Below are positions 8,886 to 17,803 of a stretch of 63,703 bases of DNA, one piece after another. The notes beneath the pieces were generated by a model that worked only from the letters and a program-made list of their open reading frames with translations, did not search any database and was not told the origin of the DNA. Source of the DNA: Candidatus Fervidifonticultor sextus. GTDB taxonomy: Bacteria; Sysuimicrobiota; Sysuimicrobiia; Sysuimicrobiales; Humicultoraceae. The stretch's first letter is position 1. Each line of letters starts with the position of its first letter. The position numbers were made by a program, and so were the translations under genes. The DNA lies in the NCBI GenBank assembly GCA_031459875.1, contig JAVKHQ010000013.1, forward strand, positions 1 through 63,703. The letters run 5' to 3'.

Positions 8886-10532
8886 ATGGAGCGCGGCGAC
8901 GGGGGCGTCCCTCGACCGAGGCCCTGGGACGCGACTGACAGGCGGCGCCTGGTCCTGGTCACCGCCGCGGCCCTGCTGCTGTTCACCTACGGGCTGGGCG
9001 TGGGGACCCTGTGGGATCAGGACGAGCCCAAGTACGTCCAGGTGGCAAAAGAATTGCTCCAGAGCGGCGATCCGTTCACGCTGCGCCTGGACGGCCGGCC
9101 CTGGTTCGTCCATCCGCCGCTCTATTTCTGGCTGGAGGCCGCGGCCGGTGAACTCTTCGGTTTCACCGAATTCACCGCCCGCCTCTGGTCGGCGCTGGCG
9201 GGGGCGGGCATGGTGGCCGGCACATTCCTGCTGGCCCGGTTCTTCTACGACGCCAGAACGGCGCTGCTGGCGGCCGCGGTTGCGGCCACGACCATGGGGG
9301 TGCTCGTCCAGGCGCGCCTCGCGGCCTTCGATCCGCTGCTGGTGGCCTTCATGGTCCTGGCCCTCTACATGGTCCTCGTCGGCTACACCACGGGCTCCCG
9401 GCGCGCCTCTCTGTGGGCCTGGGGATGGGCCGGCCTGGCGACCGCGACCAAGGGGCCGATCGGCCTCCTCCTGCCCGCCATGGTGGTGGTGGCCCTCTGG
9501 GCGGTGCGCCGCGAGTGGCGGCGCTGGCGGGACCAGCCCGCCCTCGGACCGGTGCTCTACGCCGCCATCGGCCTGCCCTGGTACGTGATCGAAACGGTCC
9601 GGTGGGGCGAGGAGTTTCTGCGCACCGCCGTGGGCTACTATCTGATTACGCGCTTCTTCGGCGTCGTCGAGGACCAGCCCGGGCCGTGGTGGTACTACGG
9701 GCCCGTCCTCGTGCTCGGCACCTTCCCCTGGACCGCGTTCGTCCCGGCGTCCCTCGTCTGGCTGTGGCGCCGCCGCGGTGACCTGGCCAGCCAGGTGATC
9801 CTGCTGTGGTGCGGGATCACGGTCGCCTTCTACTCCATAGCCGGCACCAAACTCCCCAACTACGTCCTGCCGGTCTACCCCGTGCTGGCGGTGGCCGTCG
9901 GTCGGTTCTGGACCGCGGTGCTCGACGGCCTTTCCGAGGTCCGGGGGCTGGGGCGGTGGGCGTTCGCGCTGCTGCCGCTGACGTCGCTCGTCCTGGTCGC
10001 GGGGGTGGCCGTCTACGGATCGACCAAGTACCCGGCGGAGGCGGCGGCCCTGCGTCCGGTCGTCATGATCGCGACGACCGCCCTGGCCGCGGGACCGCTG
10101 GTGGCCTGGACCCTGGCGCGCAGACCGTCGCTGGCCTTCGCGGCCCTGGTGCTGACCAGCGGCGTTACTGTGGCGGTGATGGTGCACCAGACGCTGCCGG
10201 CCCTCGAAGCGCATCGGCCGATCCCGAGGATCGCCCTGACCCTGCGCCAACAGATGGGGCCGGGTGACGCGCTGGTCGCGGTGCGCATGAGCCTGAGTGC
10301 CTCGCTGCGCTTCTACAGCGGCCAGACGGTGATCTGGGTCGAGACCCCCTCGGACCTGACCCGGGCCCTCTGCGAGCACGGGCGCGCCTTCCTCGTGATC
10401 CCCGCCGCCGAGGAGGCCGCCTGGGCCGGGGCCCTGCTGCCGCCGGGGACGCGTCTGCAGGGAGAAGACGGCGGGTACCGCATCTTTCTGAAGGACGGAC
10501 GGACGGCCTGCAAGCCGCCGCCCCCGCGGTAG
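8886..10532 (+). CDS. ArnT/PMT-like glycosyltransferase family 39 membrane protein
   Basis: DQDEPKY, HPPLYFW, TKGPIG, PWWYY, FPW, TKLPNYVLP; many TM helices. Confidence 0.88.
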   Translation: MERGDGGVPRPRPWDATDRRRLVLVTAAALLLFTYGLGVGTLWDQDEPKYVQVAKELLQSGDPFTLRLDGRPWFVHPPLYFWLEAAAGELFGFTEFTARLWSALAGAGMVAGTFLLARFFYDARTALLAAAVAATTMGVLVQARLAAFDPLLVAFMVLALYMVLVGYTTGSRRASLWAWGWAGLATATKGPIGLLLPAMVVVALWAVRREWRRWRDQPALGPVLYAAIGLPWYVIETVRWGEEFLRTAVGYYLITRFFGVVEDQPGPWWYYGPVLVLGTFPWTAFVPASLVWLWRRRGDLASQVILLWCGITVAFYSIAGTKLPNYVLPVYPVLAVAVGRFWTAVLDGLSEVRGLGRWAFALLPLTSLVLVAGVAVYGSTKYPAEAAALRPVVMIATTALAAGPLVAWTLARRPSLAFAALVLTSGVTVAVMVHQTLPALEAHRPIPRIALTLRQQMGPGDALVAVRMSLSASLRFYSGQTVIWVETPSDLTRALCEHGRAFLVIPAAEEAAWAGALLPPGTRLQGEDGGYRIFLKDGRTACKPPPPR

Positions 10533-10544
10533 ACGGAGGTCCCG

Positions 10545-11453
10545 GTGGAGTCCGGCCTCATCCTCATCCCGGTCCTCATCCTGGCAAGCGGCGCAGTGGC
10601 GTACATCGGGAACCTGGTCGGCCGCGCCACCGGCCGCCGTCGCCTCTCGATCTTCGGGCTGCGGCCCCGCCACACCGCCCACATCATCACAGTCCTGACC
10701 GGGATGCTGATCACGATCATCTCGCTGGCGAGCGTGCTACTTGTCTCCAAGGACGCGCGGGTCGCGCTGTTTCAGCTCAACGATCTGCGAGAGCAGATCG
10801 CAGACGCCGAGGCCCGGCTCCGTGAGGTCAAAGGCGGTGACATCGCCTACCTGCGGAACCAGGAGGTGCTGCGCGAGGTCATCGACGGCCGGTTGCCGCA
10901 GGCCCAGATCCTGGAGCGCCTCGACGCCATGCGACTGCGCGCCGTGGATCTGGCGGTGGCCAACGGCATCGCCCCCGACCTGATCACCGGCGGCGTGCTG
11001 ACCCTGGATCCCCCCACCCTGACCTGGGAAGCGGCGGCCCGCCTCGTGGCGCTGCGCCGCAGGGAGACCGTGGTGCGGATCGTCTCCCTGGAGAACACGC
11101 TGCGGGGGGAGGCCCTGCGCGTCTCCCTGCTGCTGGTGGATCGCGTCCTGGTCTACCCGAAGGGCACGGTGCTGTTCAGCGCCTCCATCGATCCGCGGGC
11201 CGGGCGCGAGGCCGTCGGCCGCTATCTGCTGGCGCTCGTCGATGCCGCCGCCGAGCGCGCCGGGGGCAGGCTGCTGTCTCCGCCGTTCGCCCGCGTCACC
11301 GAGACGCCCAGGGGGCAGCTGGATGTCGACCACCACCGCGCGGCGATCGCCGAGATCATGGCGATCGGCCGCGACGTGCGGGTCGATGCCACAGCCCAGC
11401 GGGACATCACCACCGAGATGCCGCTGGTGGTCCGCTTTGTCATCCGCCGCTAG
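10545..11453 (+). CDS. DUF3084 domain protein
   Basis: IAY/VAYIGN.VGR..GRRRLSIFGLRPRHTA..ITVLTG N-terminal signature. Confidence 0.85.
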   Translation: MESGLILIPVLILASGAVAYIGNLVGRATGRRRLSIFGLRPRHTAHIITVLTGMLITIISLASVLLVSKDARVALFQLNDLREQIADAEARLREVKGGDIAYLRNQEVLREVIDGRLPQAQILERLDAMRLRAVDLAVANGIAPDLITGGVLTLDPPTLTWEAAARLVALRRRETVVRIVSLENTLRGEALRVSLLLVDRVLVYPKGTVLFSASIDPRAGREAVGRYLLALVDAAAERAGGRLLSPPFARVTETPRGQLDVDHHRAAIAEIMAIGRDVRVDATAQRDITTEMPLVVRFVIRR

Positions 11454-11481
11454 GTCGTCCTGGTTCCCCGGGCTGCTGGCG

Positions 11482-14226
11482 ATGGCTGCGGTCTCGGGCG
11501 CGGCCTCGCTGATCTATCAGGTGGTGTGGATGCGCCACTTGGTGCTCGTCTTCGGCAGCACCACGCTGGCGGCGAGCACCGTGGTCGCCGCGTTTCTGGC
11601 CGGCCTGGCGCTGGGGGCGTGGGCGTGGGGGCTGGCCGCCGATCGCCAGCCGGGTCAGACGCTGGCGCTGTTCGGACTGGTGGAAGCGGCGACCGGTCTG
11701 TACGCCCTGGCCAGCCCGTGGCTCTTCCGCGGGGTCGACGCCCTTTACCTGGCGGCCTATGCGCCGCTGGCCAGCTGGCCGACGCTGTTTGCCGGCACGC
11801 AGTTCCTGCTCTGCGCGGCCGTCATCGTGCCGCCGGCGATGCTGATGGGCGGGGCGCTGCCGCTGCTCGCGCGCAGGCTGGTGGTTCGGCCGGCCGAGGC
11901 GTCTGGGGGGGCCGGACGCCTCTACGGCTGGAACACCCTCGGCGCGGCCGCCGGTGCCGCCCTGGCCTACGGGCTCCTGCCGGCGCTGGGACTGGCGGCG
12001 GCGGTCCGGCTGGCGGCCTCGGCCAACCTCGTGGTGGGAGCCTGCGCCCTGCTGCTGGATGCGCGCACGCGGCTGCAGGTCTCCCCGCGGGCTCCGGCGC
12101 CTGCGGCCGCCGCGCCCGAGGCGCCGCGGCCCTCTGGCGATCCCGGGACGCCGCCCGATCGGCTCGCGGTCTATCTCGTCCTGCAGGGGTTCGCGCTCTC
12201 GGGCTTCGCCGTCATCACCTTCGAGGTCGTCTGGGCGCGGCTGCTGGCCCTCGTGGTGGGCTCGTCGGTCTACGCCTTCGGCTCGCTGCTGGTGGTGATC
12301 CTCGCCGGGCTGGGCGCCGGCAGCGCGGCCTACGGCCGCCGGCGCGCACGGCCGGATGCGCATCTCTCGGCGCTCGGGATCCTCCAGGTCCTCATCGGCG
12401 CCAGCGCCGCGCTCTCGCTGCTCGTCGTGCCACACCTTCCCTTTCAGGTCGTCCGGTTCTTCCCGGTCTTTGCCGACTCGTTCGCCTGGCACGCAGCCGT
12501 CCAGGTGGCCGCCGCCGCGGTGCTGGCAGCCGTCCCCGCGGCCCTCTCCGGGGCGGTCTTTCCCGCGGTCGTCGGCGGCCTGGGCGGCCCGCTCGCCCGG
12601 CTGGGCCGCACCATCGGCACCGCCTACGGCGCCAACACCATCGGCACCGTGCTCGGTGCCTTCCTGGCCGGCTTCGTCCTGATCCCGGCGGTGGGGCTGC
12701 GCGCCGCGATGGTCCTCGGGATCCTGGCCACCCTGCTGGCCGGCGTCCTGGTGCTGGCCGTCGCCGTCCGGTCGCCGGTGCGCCGGGCGGTCATGATGGC
12801 CCCGGCCGCCGTCGCCCTGCTCGTCGTCGTCACGCTCCCTCCCTGGCCGCGGGAGGTCTTCACCGCGGGCAGCGGGTTTTTCGCCAAGCTCTACGGATCG
12901 GCGGAGGTCTTCGAGCGGGCGGTCGCCGCCATGCGCCTGCTGTACTACCGCGACGGGATCAATGCGACCATTTCGGTGGACGAGACGGGCGGCTACCTCT
13001 TCTACCGCACCAACGGCAAAACCGACGCCTCGACCGCGCCCAACGACACGGTCACCCAGGTTCTGCTCGGCCAGCTCCCGATGCTGCGCCACCCCCATCC
13101 TCAGGATGTCTTTGTGCTGGGACTCGGCACCGGCATGACCGCCGCCGCGGTCGCCCGCTACCCGGTGCGGCGGATTGACATCGTGGAACTGGAGCCGGCC
13201 GGCCTGGAGGCGGCGCGGCTGTTCGGCCAGTACAACCGCCAGGTCCTCGCCGACCCGCGGGTCCGCGTACTCCTGGCCGATGGCCGCAACCGGCTGCGGG
13301 CCGCCCCCGACCGGTACGATGTCATCATCTCGGACCCCTCCGACATCTGGATCGCGGGCATCGGGGCCCTCTACACCGTGGAGTTCTACCAGGCGGCCCG
13401 GGCGCGGCTGCGGCCGGGCGGCGTGATGGTGCAATGGGTGCACACCCACAGCCTCCCGCCCGAGGCCTTCGCGCTGATCGTCGCCACCTTCCGCGCGGTC
13501 TTCCCGCACACCGAAGTCTGGACGGCCGCGATCGGCGACCTGATGCTGATCGGGACCATCGAGCCCCTGGGGTGGGACTACCGGCGGATCGCCGGTCGCC
13601 TCGAGGCGATCCCGGGGGTGCGGGAGGACCTGCAGGCGATCGGCATCTGGCACCCCGCCGCGGTGCTGGCCGCCTTCGCGCTGGGCGGCGACGACCTCGA
13701 CCGGCTCACCCGATCCGTGCATCGCCTCCACACGGACGACCGGCCGGTCCTGGAGTTTTGGGCGCCGCGGTTCCTGTACGCAGACACCCAGGCGCAGATC
13801 CACGGGCTCCTGTCGCATCTGCGCACGAGACCGTTCCCGCCGGTCGCCGGGTTCGACCCCAGCCGCGATCTGGACGCCGACGCCACCTACCTCATGGGGT
13901 TCGCGTACGCATCGCTGGGCCGGCCGACGGTGGGGATTCCCTACATGGAGCGCAGCACCGCCATGGCGCCGGACCGGCCGGCGTTCTTCGTGGGCCTGGC
14001 CCACCAGTACCGCGCGGTCGGCCGCCCGCGCGATGCCGAAGACGCCTACCGCCGCGCGCTGGCGCTGGACCCTGACCATGTCGAGGCCCTCGTCTCCCTC
14101 GGCGAGATCCTGCTGGAGGCCGGGCGGCCCGCGCAGGCCCTGGCGTACGCGCAGCGGGCGCTGCGGATCGCGCCGGCGGACGAGCGCGCCCAGGCCCTGG
14201 CGGAGCGGGCGCGGCAGGCGCGCTAG
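11482..14226 (+). CDS. Fused multi-TM / spermidine-synthase-like SAM-fold protein with C-terminal TPRs
   Basis: SGAASLIYQVVW, LYGWNTLGA, duplicated TM module, VLGLGTG, IVELEP, DGRN, YDVIISDPSD, TPRs; start may be TTG 11437. Confidence 0.85.
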   Translation: MAAVSGAASLIYQVVWMRHLVLVFGSTTLAASTVVAAFLAGLALGAWAWGLAADRQPGQTLALFGLVEAATGLYALASPWLFRGVDALYLAAYAPLASWPTLFAGTQFLLCAAVIVPPAMLMGGALPLLARRLVVRPAEASGGAGRLYGWNTLGAAAGAALAYGLLPALGLAAAVRLAASANLVVGACALLLDARTRLQVSPRAPAPAAAAPEAPRPSGDPGTPPDRLAVYLVLQGFALSGFAVITFEVVWARLLALVVGSSVYAFGSLLVVILAGLGAGSAAYGRRRARPDAHLSALGILQVLIGASAALSLLVVPHLPFQVVRFFPVFADSFAWHAAVQVAAAAVLAAVPAALSGAVFPAVVGGLGGPLARLGRTIGTAYGANTIGTVLGAFLAGFVLIPAVGLRAAMVLGILATLLAGVLVLAVAVRSPVRRAVMMAPAAVALLVVVTLPPWPREVFTAGSGFFAKLYGSAEVFERAVAAMRLLYYRDGINATISVDETGGYLFYRTNGKTDASTAPNDTVTQVLLGQLPMLRHPHPQDVFVLGLGTGMTAAAVARYPVRRIDIVELEPAGLEAARLFGQYNRQVLADPRVRVLLADGRNRLRAAPDRYDVIISDPSDIWIAGIGALYTVEFYQAARARLRPGGVMVQWVHTHSLPPEAFALIVATFRAVFPHTEVWTAAIGDLMLIGTIEPLGWDYRRIAGRLEAIPGVREDLQAIGIWHPAAVLAAFALGGDDLDRLTRSVHRLHTDDRPVLEFWAPRFLYADTQAQIHGLLSHLRTRPFPPVAGFDPSRDLDADATYLMGFAYASLGRPTVGIPYMERSTAMAPDRPAFFVGLAHQYRAVGRPRDAEDAYRRALALDPDHVEALVSLGEILLEAGRPAQALAYAQRALRIAPADERAQALAERARQAR

Positions 14227-14286
14227 AGGCTGCCGCGGCAGGAATCGGCCACCGCCTGCAGAATTTTCACGGTAATAGTCCCGCAG

Positions 14287-14491
14287 CGGTGCAGGTGGAC
14301 GCCGGGGATGCTGCCCGGCGTCAGAATAGGGAAGTCCGGACCTCCGGCCGTGCGCGGCCGGAGGCAGCCGGCGCGGTCCCGCCGCTGTGACGGTGAGCAG
14401 CCGCCCCCCGCGTGGCGGGGTGAGCCACTGGGTGATCCCGGGAAGGCCGGCGGTGTGCGATGACCCGGAGCCAGAAGACCTGCCTGCACCG
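14287..14491 (+). ncRNA. Cobalamin riboswitch
   Basis: P1 CGGTGCAGGT/GCCTGCACCG, AATAGGGAAGTCCGG, GGTCCCGCCGCTGTGA, GCCACTG, GGGAAGG, B12-box GAGCCAGAAGACCTGCC; directly upstream of a TonB-dependent receptor. Confidence 0.95.
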
Positions 14492-14526
14492 GTGCCACAC
14501 GCCTTCGCGGATGAGGAGGTGGGCCG

Positions 14527-16347
14527 ATGCGCGCACGTGTTCTGCTCGTCTTCGCCCTCTGCACGATGTTCCTCGCCGGGACCCCGTTCCCCACGCAGGC
14601 TCAGGAACCGCCGGTCTTCGAACTGCCCGAGGTCGTCTCGCCCGGCCGTCGGCCGCAGCCTGCGGCGGCGTCGCCGGCCAGTGTTTCGATTCTGACCGCA
14701 CCTGAACTGCGCCGTCTGGGGGTGCGCACGGTGGGCGAGGCGATCGCCTACCTGCCCGAGACCGTCGCGCGGGCCTACGGCGGCCCCGGCAGCCTGATCA
14801 CCCCCAGCCTCCGCGGCAGCAGTGCCGAGCAGGTGCTGGTGCTGCTGGACGGGGTGCCCCTCAACAGCCTGCTCGCCGGGACCGTCGACCTCAGCACCAT
14901 TCCCATCGAGGACGTCGAGCGCATCGAGGTGCTCCGCGGGCCGTTCTCGGCGATCTACGGCAGCGGGGCGCTCGGCGGCGTGATCTCCATCGTCACGCGT
15001 CGGCAGGCGGCCGCAGTGGTGTCGGTCGGCGGAGGGTCGCTGGGCGTGGTCACGTCATCGGTGGCTGGGCCGATCGCCGCCGGGAGCCAGGCGCGGATCT
15101 CACTCCGCTACGATGCGGCACAGGGCGACCGGCCCAACAGCGACCTGCGCGGCGGCTCGCTGTCGCTGCGGCTGGGCGACACCGCCCCCGGCGGGTCCTG
15201 GGATTTGAGCCTCTTTGGCTCCACGGCGGCCCGAGGCGCGCCGGGCTCGACCGTCTTCCCCTCGCTGACGGCCCGGCAGGAGGACGCGCGCGCAGCCGGC
15301 GCGCTGACCTTTCAGCGCACCCGGGCGGAGGTCACCGACCGGCTGCGCCTCGTGGCGCACCATGAGACGCTGGCCTTCCGCGAGCCCCTCTTTGCGATCG
15401 ACGACCGGCACCGGGCGACCGCGTGGGGAGCGGAATGGCAGCGCTCCGTGCGGATCACCAGCGCGCGGGTCGTCACGCTCGGCACCGACGCCCATCTCCA
15501 GCACCTGACCAGCACGACCGTGGGGGATCGGTCCGCGACGGTGGGGGCCTTCTACCTGCAAGATGACCGGGCGCTGGGGCCGCGCGCGGTGCTCTCCGTC
15601 GGCCTGCGCGCCGACTGGCACTCCACCTACGGCCTCCAGCTAAACCCCCGGGTGGGGATCGTGTTCTTCGCCCGGCCCGACCTGCGCCTGCGTGCAGCCG
15701 CAGGTCGGACCTTCCGCGGCCCCACCCTGGCCGACCTGTACTACCCCTTCGACGGGTTCGCGGTCGGGAACCCGTCGCTGCGTCCGGAGTACGCGTGGTC
15801 GCTGGACGCGGGGTTGGAGGCCGCGCTTGCCCCGCACCTGCTCGTCCGCGCCACGGCGTTTGCCAGCGACGTGGCGGACCTGATCATCTGGGTGCCCGAT
15901 CCGTCCTTCGTCTTCTCGCCGCAGAACATCGGGACGGCCCAAATCCGCGGCGCGTCGGTGGAACTGGAGGGGACGCTGGCGCCGAGCTGGACCCTGCGAG
16001 CGTCCTCGACCTGGATGGCGGCCACCGATGCGGGTACCGGCGCCGACCTGCCCAACCGGCCCCGCCTGACCGGGGCCCTCGCCCTGAGCAGGGCCCTGCC
16101 GGGCGGCGGGTCCCTGACCGTCTCCGCGGTCGCCGTCGGCGGGCGGTACGCGGATGCGGCCAACACCGTCGTCCTTCCGGCATACGCCACGGTCGGCGCG
16201 ACCGCGCAGGTCCCGCTGGGGCCCGCGCTGCTCGCCCGCGCGAGTATCCAGAATCTTTTCGACGCGCGCTACGAACCGGTGCAGGGCTATCCTGCGCCCG
16301 GTCGAACGATCTTCGCAGAGGTGGTCCTGCGGCCTCGGACACCATGA
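14527..16347 (+). CDS. btuB: TonB-dependent outer-membrane receptor, probable cobalamin transporter
   Basis: Signal peptide, TonB-box-like LPEVVS, plug motifs VLVLLDGVPLN and IERIEVLRGP.SAIYGSGALGGVI, NPSLRPE, NLFDARY; B12 riboswitch upstream. Confidence 0.9.
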   Translation: MRARVLLVFALCTMFLAGTPFPTQAQEPPVFELPEVVSPGRRPQPAAASPASVSILTAPELRRLGVRTVGEAIAYLPETVARAYGGPGSLITPSLRGSSAEQVLVLLDGVPLNSLLAGTVDLSTIPIEDVERIEVLRGPFSAIYGSGALGGVISIVTRRQAAAVVSVGGGSLGVVTSSVAGPIAAGSQARISLRYDAAQGDRPNSDLRGGSLSLRLGDTAPGGSWDLSLFGSTAARGAPGSTVFPSLTARQEDARAAGALTFQRTRAEVTDRLRLVAHHETLAFREPLFAIDDRHRATAWGAEWQRSVRITSARVVTLGTDAHLQHLTSTTVGDRSATVGAFYLQDDRALGPRAVLSVGLRADWHSTYGLQLNPRVGIVFFARPDLRLRAAAGRTFRGPTLADLYYPFDGFAVGNPSLRPEYAWSLDAGLEAALAPHLLVRATAFASDVADLIIWVPDPSFVFSPQNIGTAQIRGASVELEGTLAPSWTLRASSTWMAATDAGTGADLPNRPRLTGALALSRALPGGGSLTVSAVAVGGRYADAANTVVLPAYATVGATAQVPLGPALLARASIQNLFDARYEPVQGYPAPGRTIFAEVVLRPRTP

Positions 16348-17252
16348 CGAGGCGCCGGCGCTCCATTGCGATCATCCCATCCCTGCGGCGCCCGATGGCT
16401 GCGGCGCTCCTCGCCGCAACCCTGGCGGCCGTCCTGACGGGCGCCGCCGTCGTCTCCCGCATCGAGCGCGGGCCGCAGGACGCGCCAGGCCCGACTCCGT
16501 TCCGGCCGTCCGCCTCGCGCGGGCTCCCTCCGGCCCCTTCGGCCCACGCCGAGTCCGGTTTCGTCTACGAGGTCCCGGCGGCCTCCCCACCCGCAGCCAG
16601 CGCGCGCCGCCAGCCTCCCGCGGGTCCGCGGCCTGCGCCGCGGTCGCGGCACACCGAGACGCCTCCGCGTCCGGGAACCCCCTCCCCCCCGAAGCCCCCG
16701 ACGGGTGCCGCTGCGTTGGAGGCGGCGCCGGCGGCGACGGGCGGATCGGCGCTCGGGCCGGCCTCGCCGGCACCTGCACCGGAAGGGTCAGGATCGGCAC
16801 CATCCACCCCGGGTACGGAGCCCTTGAGCCCGCAGGCCCCCGGTCCCGCCGCGGAGGCCCCCCTCCCGTCGCCGCCCGGCCCTTCCGGCCCCGCGGCGGA
16901 GGGGCCTGCGCCGCCACCCCGGCCGCTACCCCGGCCCGTCATCACCCCGCCGGTGCCGATCGCGCTCGACCCGCCCCAGCATCCCGGTGGATGGCATGTC
17001 GTGGTCGAACCTCCGGGCCTGGCCGCCGAGGCGCGGCCCGAGCGCGTGGCGGGGCGGGTGCGGCTGCGGCTGTCGCTGCGCGACGACGGCACCGTCGAGC
17101 GGGTGCAGGTCGCGGTGTCGTCGGGCCGCCCTGACCTGGATGCCGCCGCGACGGCGGCGGCGCGTGGCTGGCGCTTTCAGCCCGCGCGCCGCGACGGCGT
17201 CCCCATCCCCAGCGTGGTCCTCATCTGGGTCACGTTCGTGGTCGAGCCGTAG
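16344..17252 (+). CDS. tonB: Energy transducer TonB-family protein
   Basis: ATGA overlap with btuB; TM helix, Pro-rich linker, TonB_C (GRVRL..DGTV..V.V..SSG..LDAAA..A..WRFQPA.RDG). Confidence 0.85.
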   Translation: MTRRRRSIAIIPSLRRPMAAALLAATLAAVLTGAAVVSRIERGPQDAPGPTPFRPSASRGLPPAPSAHAESGFVYEVPAASPPAASARRQPPAGPRPAPRSRHTETPPRPGTPSPPKPPTGAAALEAAPAATGGSALGPASPAPAPEGSGSAPSTPGTEPLSPQAPGPAAEAPLPSPPGPSGPAAEGPAPPPRPLPRPVITPPVPIALDPPQHPGGWHVVVEPPGLAAEARPERVAGRVRLRLSLRDDGTVERVQVAVSSGRPDLDAAATAAARGWRFQPARRDGVPIPSVVLIWVTFVVEP

Positions 17253-17723
17253 GTGTCCGTGGACGGACCCGCCGTCAGGGGCCCCGATCGGCCCCCAGCC
17301 GTCCTCGCCATCGACCCGGGCCGCACCAAGTGCGGGGTCGCAGTCTGCGCGCCGGGGGAAGTGCGCGCCCGCGCCATCGTCGCGCCGCAGACACTACCCG
17401 CGCTGGTCTCCGACTGGCAGGCCCGCTATGGCGTGACCCTGATCGTGGTCGGCAACCGGACCGGGTCGGCGGACGTGATCGCATCGCTTCGGGAGGTCGC
17501 CACGGTCCCGCTGCGCCTCGTCGAGGAAGCCGGCACCACCCTGCGGGCGCGCGCCCGGTACTTCGCCGAGCATCCGCCGCGCGGCTGGCGCCGTCTGATC
17601 CCGCTGGGCTTGCAGACGCCGCCTGAACCCTACGACGACTACGTGGCGGTGCTGCTGGCCGAGGCCGCCCTGGTCGCCGGCATCGATCGGAGCGCAGGGG
17701 CGCATGGCGAGCGATCGGCGTAA
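17253..17723 (+). CDS. YqgF/RuvX-like RNase H-fold nuclease
   Basis: LAIDPGRTKCGVA, IVVGN, VEEAGTT..AR, DDYVAVLL. Confidence 0.85.
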   Translation: MSVDGPAVRGPDRPPAVLAIDPGRTKCGVAVCAPGEVRARAIVAPQTLPALVSDWQARYGVTLIVVGNRTGSADVIASLREVATVPLRLVEEAGTTLRARARYFAEHPPRGWRRLIPLGLQTPPEPYDDYVAVLLAEAALVAGIDRSAGAHGERSA

Positions 17724-17803
17724 TGGTGTAGACTATCGGGTGTGCCGCAGATGTATCTACGGACACGATTCGGGCTGGACGGCCTAAGGGGCAGGGATAC
17801 ACC

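Noticed and set aside
17724..17803. c-di-GMP or other riboswitch before the propeller gene (GGCCTAA motif)
   Set aside because: Lacks the GAAA tetraloop P1/P2 architecture; only a fragmentary match
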